A model generated the notes under the pieces. The model did no database searches, was not told where the DNA came from, and was given only the letters and a program-made list of their open reading frames with translations. From a virus, in the IMG/VR virus record IMGVR_UViG_3300045988_134583, positions 1 to 64,000 of that record: a DNA stretch of 64,000 nt. The stretch is one strand, 5' to 3'. The position numbers were made by a program, and so were the translations under genes. Position 1 is the first letter of the stretch; every line of letters begins with the position of its first letter. Below are positions 1 to 8,725 of the stretch, piece after piece.

Positions 1-38
1 CTCCCGCAGGGCATCCGCTACTGGTTTGCCGTATAAGA

Positions 39-440
39 TCATGCTGCCTCCTTTGCCGCCGCCAGATCGTCACACCACCGCAAAAATGCCCGGAGCAGTG
101 GGTTTGTGTTGCCCTGATCTGCCCATCCGGCAAATCCGATAAATCCGTCCTCGTTAAAGCTGATGGCCTCACGCCGGGTAAAGTAGTGGGAGTTAATATA
201 CAAAAAACATTTTATGATCGTCCCATTGGTGCGCTTTTTCATGTCGATTTTGCTACTCATGTGCATGGTGCTGACCGATGTTTCTCCGGCTTTGTTAGAC
301 TTTTTGATTTCCCGGTTTAGCAGCATCAGCAGGGACAAAATATCTCCTTCTGTGATGTCGTGATAGCTAAGCCCTTTGTCCCGGAAATACTGCCGGGCTT
401 CCTTGGTTGTGCAAACTGCATCAAATCCTCTGCAACTCAT
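39..440 (-). CDS. hypothetical phage protein (133 aa)
   Basis: Clean ORF. Start overlaps the stop of the upstream gene (ATGA coupling at 437-440). No motif recognised. Confidence 0.5.
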   Translation of the reverse strand: MSCRGFDAVCTTKEARQYFRDKGLSYHDITEGDILSLLMLLNREIKKSNKAGETSVSTMHMSSKIDMKKRTNGTIIKCFLYINSHYFTRREAISFNEDGFIGFAGWADQGNTNPLLRAFLRWCDDLAAAKEAA

Positions 441-682
441 TCTTGCTCCTCCATTTCTTCTTCCGTTAGATACCTAACACCAAGCTTTTCCAGTTCCGGG
501 CAGTCCATGTCATATACCCCCTCCGGTGTGTCGGGGCAGTCTTTGACCTTCTGCGTCCGGACATCGGTATACCATCCGTGCCCGTCCCATTCGTTAAAGA
601 GGTGCTTTGCCTTCCCGCGTGTGGGAGCCGCAACATAACAACACCAATCGCAGTTTTTGTAATAGCAGATGTATAGGGTCAT
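437..682 (-). CDS. Cys-rich hypothetical protein (81 aa from internal Met)
   Basis: Start moved to Met23 of the track ORF, giving an ATGA overlap with the stop of 679..939. Several Cys pairs. Confidence 0.45.
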   Translation of the reverse strand: MTLYICYYKNCDWCCYVAAPTRGKAKHLFNEWDGHGWYTDVRTQKVKDCPDTPEGVYDMDCPELEKLGVRYLTEEEMEEQE

Positions 683-939
683 TGTGCGACTTCCTCCGGC
701 AGCTCGGGGAGAGGCATCCAGTGGGTGACAGGGTTTCCATACCACCAATTCCCGCCTTCGTTCGGGTACATATAACCAAGTTCGTCCATATCGATACAGT
801 CAGCAGCGTAGTAATACCACCATTCCGGCAATAGTTCTCTTTTACGGATTTCTGCCCGGAATATTTGACCATCCAACAGCAGGATGATTACTTTCTCTCG
901 TTCTTCCGGCAGCCTGTCCTTTACGCTAATCCACTCCAT
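679..939 (-). CDS. DUF551-like phage protein
   Basis: N-terminal WISVKDRLPE and C-terminal THWMPLPELP resemble the DUF551 signature as I recall it. Confidence 0.6.
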   Translation of the reverse strand: MEWISVKDRLPEEREKVIILLLDGQIFRAEIRKRELLPEWWYYYAADCIDMDELGYMYPNEGGNWWYGNPVTHWMPLPELPEEVAQ

Positions 940-1007
940 TGCCTTCCTCCAATTTCATGTAGCACCCCCAAAACGTGTTCATCTTTTTGCCCGAACGATG
1001 CTTGCCG

Positions 1008-1172
1008 TTATTCATTTGTCTTCTCCCATAACAAAGGTTTACCATTTTCATCCAACGTTACAGAAAAACCGCCTGAGTAACCACCGCTGTGACAGAGATA
1101 GAGAACGTTTGTTTCTTTATCGACAAATATTTGATTGACGAAATCTGAACATAGATATACAATCTTTTTCAT
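1008..1172 (-). CDS. small hypothetical protein (54 aa)
   Basis: ORF below the track cutoff: MKKIVYLCSDFVNQ..., AAGGA-like RBS upstream, fills an operon gap. Confidence 0.3.
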   Translation of the reverse strand: MKKIVYLCSDFVNQIFVDKETNVLYLCHSGGYSGGFSVTLDENGKPLLWEKTNE

Positions 1173-1254
1173 TTTTATTTGAGATCCTTTCTATATTTTT
1201 TCGTTCTCGAAATGGTGTTTGCATTTCAGTCGTTCAAGTATGAAAGCATCAGCA

Positions 1255-2001
1255 TCAATCAGCCGCATTGTCTGTACCTCCTAAAGCTAATTCACAAAAA
1301 ATCCCGCAATCTTGCATTATTTCGTCCGTTTGTCTACCTGCGTCAGGCGGTAATTCGTCCAAAAAGCATTGCTTTAAGCACCTGCTATTCAGCCTTCTTT
1401 CCAGCGCCGCTCTATCGACAAAAACCTCCGGGAAATCTTTCCTGATTTTATTCCAGTATCCCATGCCGCCCTTTACACATCCGATGCAGTTATTGTTTGA
1501 GTATCCAAGATCGTACATAACCGGTCTCGCAATCCCGAGCCTCGCCAGAATACCGTGGCAATCCTCTTTTGTGAGTCCGTTTTCGATGAGCGGGAATTTG
1601 TGTTCAAATTGAGGCATTGCGTCTTGTATTCTCTCCGCTCTGCCCCGCTCTCCCACGTCAAATCCCCATATATAGGTTATTTCGCAGTCTTTATGCTTTT
1701 CTTCCCATTCGGAGCGCACCCGTTTTTTTAGGTATGCCGTGCATGGTGCAAACCCTTTCACCGATCTTATGATCCCGGCCGCCATGCAGGCTTCCTCCAC
1801 ATTCGCATAAGTGTCAGACCTCAAAATCTGCACTTCTTTCCCGAGTTCTTTTTCGCAGTCACGGATAAATCGTAGGCTGTCTTTATGCTGGTCGGCAATG
1901 TCGATGTAGATATATTGATCTGTGTTTTCTTTTTCCAGCCATCCGGCGACAAAGCTTGACACGCCAGCGGAGATCCAGCACACTTGCAATCTTTTACTCA
2001 T
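1255..2001 (-). CDS. PAPS reductase / PP-loop ATP-pyrophosphatase family protein
   Basis: N-terminal WISAGVSS (SGGxDS-like PP-loop), about 250 aa, C-terminal Cys cluster NNNCIGCVKGG. Typical of phage PAPS-reductase-like proteins. Confidence 0.6.
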   Translation of the reverse strand: MSKRLQVCWISAGVSSFVAGWLEKENTDQYIYIDIADQHKDSLRFIRDCEKELGKEVQILRSDTYANVEEACMAAGIIRSVKGFAPCTAYLKKRVRSEWEEKHKDCEITYIWGFDVGERGRAERIQDAMPQFEHKFPLIENGLTKEDCHGILARLGIARPVMYDLGYSNNNCIGCVKGGMGYWNKIRKDFPEVFVDRAALERRLNSRCLKQCFLDELPPDAGRQTDEIMQDCGIFCELALGGTDNAAD

Positions 2002-2047
2002 CCTGCATCTCCCTCCATGCTGCAGAACGGCGTTGATGGCTCAGTTC

Positions 2048-2452
2048 TCATTTTTCACACCTCCGGTTCCACGCTTCGATTGCTCTTTTTCTTCCATCAA
2101 AGTGAGGATCAACTAAAACTAGCGTTTCGTCTGTTCGGAAATAGTATTTAGAAATACCGCCGTCTTGTTTTGTGCCGCACTGTGGACACCATACCCACCA
2201 TTTTGTGATTAAATCCCCGTTTTCTTTGTTACGGCATTCCGAAACTACATCGTGGCGCAATACTGCATTGATACCGCAGAACGGGCAAGGTTTCAGTTCG
2301 AACGTCTTTACCTCCGCCCCGCAATGAGGACACTCCTTTTCCTCGAAAGCCACTCCCGGAAATGCATCGAACTCTTCCTCGGACATCTCCGGTAAGTAAC
2401 CGCAGCATAGGTACTTCGCCTTAAAATCGTCTGCTTTAATGTACTTCGGCAT
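2048..2452 (-). CDS. Lar-family (restriction alleviation)-like zinc-ribbon protein
   Basis: CPHCG, CPFCG and CPQCG motifs plus C-terminal AIEAWNRR signature. Confidence 0.6.
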   Translation of the reverse strand: MPKYIKADDFKAKYLCCGYLPEMSEEEFDAFPGVAFEEKECPHCGAEVKTFELKPCPFCGINAVLRHDVVSECRNKENGDLITKWWVWCPQCGTKQDGGISKYYFRTDETLVLVDPHFDGRKRAIEAWNRRCEK

Positions 2453-2572
2453 CTCGCTCTGTCTCCTTTCTTAAAACCCTTCGGTTTCGTTGACAGTAGG
2501 TAATTAGAACAAAAAATCGAAGTTTTGTTCATATTTTTTTTGCTTAAATTGTGAACTTTATTTTCGGCAACA

Positions 2573-2597
2573 AAAAAGAGCGGCTTAACACCGCTCA
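2573..2597 (-). terminator. intrinsic terminator (A/T runs on both sides)
   Basis: GAGCGG-loop-CCGCTC hairpin followed by a T-run on the minus strand, just after the stop of 2610..2981. Confidence 0.6.
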
Positions 2598-2609
2598 AAA
2601 AAGCCTAAG

Positions 2610-2981
2610 TTACTCGTTTTTCTGCTTGAACATGCCCGTTGTCCACATGTACTTCCCTCCGTCCAGATCGATGCGGAAGTAATACGGCCCGGCGGATGTT
2701 ATCCTCGCTCGAAGGCCGGAATAAGGAAGCATATCCGGAGAAACGCACAGGTATGTTTTGCCCGGAAACATCTTGTACCGCTTTTCAAGATCGAGGTCGT
2801 CCCGGATCGTAACAAACTCTCCCTCGCGTATGGAAAACTGTGCGCTGTAGTTTGCATGTTCCGGCGGACATGTCTGCTTCGGCGTTCTGTTGTGCCAGCA
2901 CCAAAGCGACGCATATATCGCCAGCATCAGCAATATGAACGCTATGGACATTTCGGCAAAGAAATAAAAGAACTCCTGCAT
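2610..2981 (-). CDS. membrane-anchored hypothetical protein (123 aa)
   Basis: Start set at the internal Met preceded by GGAGG. One N-terminal TM helix (FFAEMSIAFILLMLAIYASLW). Confidence 0.45.
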   Translation of the reverse strand: MQEFFYFFAEMSIAFILLMLAIYASLWCWHNRTPKQTCPPEHANYSAQFSIREGEFVTIRDDLDLEKRYKMFPGKTYLCVSPDMLPYSGLRARITSAGPYYFRIDLDGGKYMWTTGMFKQKNE

Positions 2982-2985
2982 ATGT

Positions 2986-3216
2986 TTAATCCTCCGCATC
3001 TTCCGGCATATACCGCCACTGCATGTCCTTCGCAAAGCCGCTGTCTATGCCCAGTCTTTCCCCAAGAGCAGGGATGTAAAAGAATGTTCCTGCCCTGTAT
3101 GCTTCCCGCACCCTCGGATAGGGCGAAAACTGAGGAACGAAGATAAGCAGGGGCATAAATTCCTCCGGAAGGTTTCCTTCTGTAATGTGATTCCAATGAT
3201 TCTTACCCTTAGTCAT
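2986..3216 (-). CDS. hypothetical protein (76 aa)
   Basis: ORF in an operon context, tightly packed with its neighbours. Confidence 0.4.
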   Translation of the reverse strand: MTKGKNHWNHITEGNLPEEFMPLLIFVPQFSPYPRVREAYRAGTFFYIPALGERLGIDSGFAKDMQWRYMPEDAED

Positions 3217-3508
3217 TTCCCGGCACCTTCTCTCCGATTAAACGCAGGCACTCCTTGTAAGCGCCGTCAAATATTTCGTTTACATAGCCTTTCAGCCGCA
3301 GTTCCCGGTCAGAACCCAGCCATTTCTTCTTGAATTTTGCTACGGTCTTTCTGTAGGTTTCCTCGCAGATGTCTCCGCTGTGCCACCACTCCGCATCATG
3401 ATAGACTTCGGCCATGTCTTTGGCCAAGTCCGTAAGCTCATGGTCGCACAAGTCCGCTGAATATTCCTCGATTCTGTAATAGATGTAATCCATGCTTCCG
3501 CCGCTCAT
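3209..3508 (-). CDS. hypothetical protein (99 aa)
   Basis: ORF with overlapping start and stop to its neighbours. Confidence 0.5.
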   Translation of the reverse strand: MSGGSMDYIYYRIEEYSADLCDHELTDLAKDMAEVYHDAEWWHSGDICEETYRKTVAKFKKKWLGSDRELRLKGYVNEIFDGAYKECLRLIGEKVPGND

Positions 3509-3726
3509 TCTTCCTTACCTCCGTTATTTATGAATTTCTCCAATTCTTGCATGAACGCAAGTGCACAGAATTCGTTCTGGAAGGAACCGTAGATGCACAT
3601 TTTATTGCCCTTCGTAACATGAAGGACGGGTTTCATCCTCATAGGAAGATGAGTTGCCCCTATAGTCACGTCTCCCCGTTTTAATGAAAACAATTTTGTA
3701 TTTTTATTCACTTTTACGTCCGTCAC
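3505..3726 (-). CDS. hypothetical protein (73 aa)
   Basis: ORF with 4-nt overlaps to both neighbours. Confidence 0.45.
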   Translation of the reverse strand: MTDVKVNKNTKLFSLKRGDVTIGATHLPMRMKPVLHVTKGNKMCIYGSFQNEFCALAFMQELEKFINNGGKEE

Positions 3727-4019
3727 GCATTCTTGTCGTCCGATACAAACCAGCTTACCCTTTCCCCGTCAAATCTCAACGCCTCCGTTACCCTGCACAG
3801 CATGTGCGCATACTTCCTCCGTATCCGCTTCTTACGGCAGCAACAGGCCATATGCACATACTTCTTCGGGAATACAACATAGACGCCCGAATCCCCGAAT
3901 ACCTCTACGATAACAGGCTCGTACCCGCGTTTCCGGCTGATGTCTGTGAACCGCTTTACCTTACCGGATTCCTGTACAAAGACTACCTTGCTTTCTTCCA
4001 GCAGCTTTCTTTCGCTCAA
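3723..4019 (-). CDS. hypothetical protein (98 aa)
   Basis: ORF with a 4-nt overlap to the downstream gene. Confidence 0.45.
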   Translation of the reverse strand: MSERKLLEESKVVFVQESGKVKRFTDISRKRGYEPVIVEVFGDSGVYVVFPKKYVHMACCCRKKRIRRKYAHMLCRVTEALRFDGERVSWFVSDDKNA

Positions 4020-4040
4020 AGTCTTACTGCACCCCCCTCT

Positions 4041-4202
4041 TTACCGAACAACAAGTGTGAAGGCAAACAAGACCCCGAACAGGATCGTAAGAACCCCGTA
4101 AGCAATCGCCTCCCTTCCCTTTTCCCGGGCAGTACGGGCAACGCACATGACCCAGAAAAACATAGTGACCAAACCCAGCAAAACAACAGCGATAATACAC
4201 AC
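4041..4202 (-). CDS. small two-TM membrane protein (53 aa, GTG start)
   Basis: Translated by eye as VCIIAVVLLGLVTMFFWVMCVARTAREKGREAIAYGVLTILFGVLFAFTLVVR. GGAAGGGAG RBS upstream. Below the track cutoff. Confidence 0.35.
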   Translation of the reverse strand: MCIIAVVLLGLVTMFFWVMCVARTAREKGREAIAYGVLTILFGVLFAFTLVVR

Positions 4203-4584
4203 GCTCCCTTCCGTTGCGAGAATTACATCCGGTAATTAACACAAATTTTTTCGATTTTGGAAACTAAATCTTCCCGGAAAATGAAAAAAGCTCAAAAAGG
4301 GGTCTAAAATCCGTTTTCGAATGTCGGGCAAGGAAATACTCGTACATATAGTGCAAAACGGAAAATAGGCGGCAAAGAATCGCTCACAGCCCTATCCACG
4401 AGAACACATAGGATAATAGGAATTGCACAGCAGGCTTAAAACCGCCCCGATTTTTCTTTTTACTTGTCAGATGTGAAATCCTACGGCTCGTTCCCGTAAA
4501 ACGGAAAACAGGGGCTAATGTGTGGCTTACAGACGGTGTTAGGACGACAGGAATACGAGCGCAGGGCAAGTGAACGCAGAAGCG

Positions 4585-4595
4585 TATGCGCAGAG
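4585..4595 (+). repeat. TATGCGCAGAG motif copy A
   Basis: Exact 11-mer, one of four exact copies in the window. Confidence 0.9.
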
Positions 4596-5187
4596 TACCT
4601 GAAACGGAGATGGGGCGAATGTGCCGGGTCTGCTTTTTTATTGGGGGTGGAGAGGCTGTGACGGTTGAGGTGGCGCGGTAAGGGTGTTGGAGCTGCTGAA
4701 TGATTGTGGGGGGAGGGTAGCTAATACGCGATAGCGGACAGAAAAACGCTCCCCACCTGAAAAAGGGGGGAGTGCCTGCCGGATCTCCTGCGGCTGCGGC
4801 GCTCTCCCGGTCGTCACTGCTTCCCCCTCCGGGGGCTGCCGATGCGCCCGCTGGCCGTCCTGCCGCCGATGGCGTGCGCATTATAACCATAATGCGACTA
4901 TGTGCCGACGGTCTGCGGCTGGTGGTAGCTGATCGATCTGCTCCGCGCCTATGCCCTGCGGCCTGCCTGCCGTGCTGGCTCCTGCCGGATGCGCTGCCGT
5001 GTTCTCTGCTGCTGGTGGCGGTGCCGGTGCTGTTGCTGATGGTTGCCCAGCAGCAGAGAGGCGGAGAGACGGAGAGCCGAAAAGCACAGATATGATATAA
5101 TGTTATATAATGACTTAGTGAACGATCGTTTACTGTTGATAGCAAAATCCCCCCTTAACAATCCCCCGTAGAAGTAACCGATATTAA

Positions 5188-5320
5188 ACAATAATAAATA
5201 CCATACAACCGACATAATAAGCAATAAGGGAATACAAGTAATAAACAATAAACAACCGTATAGAACCGATAATAAACAACGAATATATCTATACTCCCGT
5301 AAAGCCAATAATAAGCAAAT
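5188..5320 (+). repeat. A-rich iteron-like cluster (ATAATAA[A/G]CAA x5)
   Basis: Five copies at about 25-37-nt spacing in a non-coding AT-rich block. Confidence 0.5.
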
Positions 5321-5693
5321 ATAGTTGCTGTATAGAATATATATTAAGCAATACGGGCGTGTGTGCGGGCGTGAATATGCGGGCGGGCGCGCCTATATTA
5401 TATATGCGTGTATGCGCTTATTATTTATATATATTTGTCTGTATTATGCATTATATGCTATATAGGTTATACCGTATAGGGTTCGGGGGCGAATGCCTGA
5501 AGGGCTGCCGGATCCGCTCCAGGTATCGCAACCTTTCAACCCTTAACACTGCATATTATACATTTGCTTCACGATCTTAAAAAAGAATCTGCATATCCTT
5601 CTTTTACTGCATAAAGTAAATAAAAAAACCCCTGTTTTACAGTGTTTTTTCTACTTCCGAAAATATTTTAATGTATATCGGCCTTTATTGCGT

Positions 5694-5719
5694 TTATGCG
5701 GTATTATGCGCCATTATGC
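5694..5719 (+). promoter_or_regulatory. three helically phased TTATGC boxes (operator-like)
   Basis: TTATGC at 5694, 5704 and 5714 (exact 10-nt phasing), directly upstream of the promoter at 5722-5751. Confidence 0.45.
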
Positions 5720-5721
5720 AT

Positions 5722-5751
5722 TTGCAAAGGCTGCCGGAAATATGCTATAAT
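5722..5751 (+). promoter_or_regulatory. sigma70-type promoter for the rightward operon
   Basis: TTGCAA, 18-nt spacer, TGcTATAAT (extended -10). Confidence 0.5.
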
Positions 5752-5936
5752 AAGGCATAGCCAAGGGGGAGAGGAAAAGCCCCCGGAGCTATCCAGGGCT
5801 TAAAAAAGCGTATCGGGAACCGCTGCAACGGATCCCGATACAATAGCCTAAAAACGTTCACACACGGTTTAGGGGCTATGCACATCTTAGCATACCCCCG
5901 CCGAAACTGTCAAGGGTTATTTTTAAGGGGGTCAGC

Positions 5937-6071
5937 ATGAACCGGAAATATTACATCCGCCCCGGCTCTATCGCCTGTCATGTCCTGTTTATCTGGGGAC
6001 TTCTTCGGGCCTGGCTGCTGCCGATCTGGGCGACCGTCGCAATTATGATATTGTGCAGCATTAACCTGTAA
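5937..6071 (+). CDS. small hydrophobic protein (44 aa)
   Basis: MNRKYYIRPGSIACHVLFIWGLLRAWLLPIWATVAIMILCSINL. GGGGG RBS 6 nt upstream. Below the track cutoff. Confidence 0.35.
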   Translation: MNRKYYIRPGSIACHVLFIWGLLRAWLLPIWATVAIMILCSINL

Positions 6072-6156
6072 CCACATAGGGCACCGGCACAGCCGCCCCG
6101 CGTTCACATCGTAAGCCCCGCCGGGGGCATTGTACCCGGCCAAAAAAGGAGAGCAA

Positions 6157-6900
6157 ATGAAAAACAATATGAAGGAGCTTACGATCAAAGACATCGAGAG
6201 CATGAACGAAGGCACAACGTTTATTTTTGCTGATGAAAAAATGGAAATCAAGGGGCACACTGTGTATTTTATCGATCTGGGCGGCTCTTTCGGTTTTTCC
6301 GCGCTGGTTTTTGCCGATGGCCAGCAAATCAAATACGCGAATGATTACGAGCTGCACCACAGAGGGCAGAGCCGCGCGGAACTCCGAGAGCTGTATATTA
6401 AGAAAATGAACGCGTCTCTGTTTACGGATGAGGAACTGCGCACCGTTACCGGCTACGAGGACAAAGCCGCAAAAGAATATTATATCCGGAACTATTACGG
6501 ATTACGGCGGCCTCGCGTCTCCGCCTTCTACATAGGCGAAAATCCGCCCAGCACGGCGGGCCTTACATTCAGCCCGGTTTTTATGGCTTATTATGCCGAT
6601 ATCGATTTTGTGAAAAAGGGCGCGGAACTTCTGCGGGGGCTGAAAGCAGCTGAAAAGCAGAACGCGGAAAGTCTGGAATACTGGAAGGGCGCATTTTTGC
6701 ACGAAATGTACAATCACGAGTACGGCATAAATTGGCAAGCTGATTATGATGTTTGCTCCTGCTTTGGAAGCTGTGCAGGCGTGAAGGATTACGAAAACCG
6801 CGAAAAACTGTTTGACGCTTGCGGTTTTAACGAGATCCAGCGCACCGCGTACATGTGCGCCGTGCAAGAATATTACAAATCCGAAGCGGCGAACCTGTAA
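6157..6900 (+). CDS. hypothetical protein (247 aa)
   Basis: Start set at MKNNMKEL after the AAAGGAGAG RBS. No motif recognised. Confidence 0.6.
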   Translation: MKNNMKELTIKDIESMNEGTTFIFADEKMEIKGHTVYFIDLGGSFGFSALVFADGQQIKYANDYELHHRGQSRAELRELYIKKMNASLFTDEELRTVTGYEDKAAKEYYIRNYYGLRRPRVSAFYIGENPPSTAGLTFSPVFMAYYADIDFVKKGAELLRGLKAAEKQNAESLEYWKGAFLHEMYNHEYGINWQADYDVCSCFGSCAGVKDYENREKLFDACGFNEIQRTAYMCAVQEYYKSEAANL

Positions 6901-6917
6901 GCGGGGAGGCGTGAAAA

Positions 6918-7178
6918 ATGGATATTGAAAGCGTTTTTGAATTTGTCAAGCCACGCGGGGCCGATGATAGATTACTCCCTTGCCCCTTTTGCGGTAACAA
7001 TGAAATTGTGTACGCACATTATAAACACGTCGCCGGTGATCGTTGGGCGGTATTATGTACCGCCTGCATGGCGGAAATAGATCCGGGATATGCCCAGCAA
7101 AAAAGCGAAGCGGCGAAACAATGGAACCGGAGACAATCCCGCGAATACACCAATCTTGTAGAAAAATGGAAATTGTAA
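6918..7178 (+). CDS. Lar-family (restriction alleviation)-like zinc-ribbon protein
   Basis: LLPCPFCG ... CTAC zinc ribbon and AAKQWNRR signature. GGGGAGG RBS. Confidence 0.65.
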   Translation: MDIESVFEFVKPRGADDRLLPCPFCGNNEIVYAHYKHVAGDRWAVLCTACMAEIDPGYAQQKSEAAKQWNRRQSREYTNLVEKWKL

Positions 7179-7204
7179 AATTACAAACTAAAGGAGTTAC
7201 AAAT

Positions 7205-7525
7205 ATGTTCAGAGATATAAATACCTTGATTGCCAAAATCGAAACCATCATAAACCGTGCACACGATTTCCGGAAATCCTACTTTTTCACCCCGCCCAGC
7301 TCCGCATATTCCCGGCGGCAATACGAGCGCGCGAACAGCTGCCCCGTTACCGAGTGGGAAGAGGGCGGCCACACTTACACGGCGGCGTTTGCGGTCTCCT
7401 GCTCCTGCTCCTACGTTTACGCGCGGGGGGTGTACACCAGAGACGGCCACAATACCACACTAACGGCCATTAAAAACAGCCTGGAACGGCTGAAAAAGGC
7501 GCAAGCCTGCAATATTGCAGCGTAA
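7205..7525 (+). CDS. hypothetical protein (106 aa)
   Basis: Start set at the internal Met after the AAAGGAG RBS. The upstream part of the track ORF overlaps the Lar-like gene. Confidence 0.5.
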   Translation: MFRDINTLIAKIETIINRAHDFRKSYFFTPPSSAYSRRQYERANSCPVTEWEEGGHTYTAAFAVSCSCSYVYARGVYTRDGHNTTLTAIKNSLERLKKAQACNIAA

Positions 7526-7538
7526 GGAGGGTGGGAAG

Positions 7539-7688
7539 ATGTGGACGCATAGCGAAATTATAAGGGAAATTGATAATATATTTGATTATTTCAAATTCCA
7601 CAATAAGAACCTTACAAAAAAGCAGCTTTATTTATTGGCGGACCTGCAAAACCTTGTGCACGATTTAAGGATGGCGACGGAAAAATGA
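7539..7688 (+). CDS. small hypothetical protein (49 aa)
   Basis: TAAGGAGGG RBS. MWTHSEIIREIDNIFDYF... Below the track cutoff. Confidence 0.4.
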   Translation: MWTHSEIIREIDNIFDYFKFHNKNLTKKQLYLLADLQNLVHDLRMATEK

Positions 7689-7916
7689 AAAAGCGCGGAA
7701 GATATTATAAGCCCCTGCGGGAGTACGAGAACGCCGGAGGGAACGCCAGAGGAATAAAAAACGCGCCTTGTATCCATGTTTCCGGGAGCGTTTCCGGTAT
7801 GCGGCGGGACTTCTGGGGGGTACTCCTGCGACGTTGTACGGATAGGATCATACATCTACAAAGCTAACTAACAGAGGATGCCGACGGGCGGCGGCAAAAC
7901 CGCCCAGAAAGGGGAA

Positions 7917-8132
7917 ATGATGTATATAATCAACGAATATCCAGCAAAGAAGGCCAGAGAAAACGGATCCGCAAGATTCCCGGAGGACTTCCCACATTTA
8001 CGGACAAAAACCGAAAACAAGGTTTTCCACGCTTGGAAGGTTGGCGAAGATATCCACGTCGAAACCATTTTGCACGATGCCGACGAAATAATCAAAGCAA
8101 TTCGGGATTTTGAGGGAGAAAACCATGCTTAA
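7917..8132 (+). CDS. hypothetical protein (71 aa)
   Basis: Start at Met14 after AAAGGGGAA. Confidence 0.45.
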   Translation: MMYIINEYPAKKARENGSARFPEDFPHLRTKTENKVFHAWKVGEDIHVETILHDADEIIKAIRDFEGENHA

Positions 8133-8709
8133 ATATGATAATTGCAAAAATTGCGTTAGTGGCTGCGAACATGCCGGAAAAGATCGGGAATTTGTCTGCC
8201 CCGGCGGTATCTCCTGCAAGGTAGTTTGCAGGCATGACCGGGTAATAAATGCGGCGGCGGATTTTGCGGAAGCAATAAAAAAGCTTGCGGAGAATCCGCA
8301 GAACCTCGAGAATCTGCAAAGCTATCTTGCCAAGCATTTCCCGGAATGGCTGGAACGGTGCAGCACCCCGGAGAAAATAGCCGCAGAAATGTTATCTTTT
8401 GCCAACGTCGCTGAGCGGATTCACTGGATTGATGAGAACAAAATTTGGACATGCGCCTGTTCAAATCAAGCGACCGCCCCAGAGTTGGCGCTATGTGGAG
8501 GAATTGAAATGAGTGATTACATCAGCCGGGAGGCGGCGATTGACCGCTTAAACAAGAATCTTTCGGCTTGTAACCCTGGGACATTTTCAGAAATGTGCTA
8601 TGCGGATGCAATCGAAACCGTGAAGCATTTACCTGCAGCAGACGTGGAGCCGGTGCGGCATGGAAAATGGAATATCCGGGTTTCGGATGGTGGAAATATA
8701 AGAATTTGA
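8125..8709 (+). CDS. hypothetical protein with Cys-rich N-terminus (194 aa)
   Basis: Start at MLKYDNCKNC after GAGGGAG. 8-nt overlap with the upstream gene. Confidence 0.5.
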   Translation: MLKYDNCKNCVSGCEHAGKDREFVCPGGISCKVVCRHDRVINAAADFAEAIKKLAENPQNLENLQSYLAKHFPEWLERCSTPEKIAAEMLSFANVAERIHWIDENKIWTCACSNQATAPELALCGGIEMSDYISREAAIDRLNKNLSACNPGTFSEMCYADAIETVKHLPAADVEPVRHGKWNIRVSDGGNIRI

Positions 8710-8725
8710 AAGGAGCCAATATATT

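Noticed and set aside
4384-5308. Track ORFs 4384..5145(-), 4772..5095(+), 4881..5087(-) and 4949..5308(-) in the GC-rich island
   Set aside because: They overlap in several frames. Their translations are low-complexity (runs of A/G/P/R/S or Q/H/R), they lack RBSs, and one needs a TTG start inside the AT-rich iterons. They look like artefacts of roughly 70% GC DNA lacking stop codons, so the region is treated as non-coding.
7685-7867. 60-aa ORF overlapping the end of 7539..7688
   Set aside because: The ATGA-coupled start is plausible, but the translation is Arg/Gly-rich with no features. It is too weak to call.
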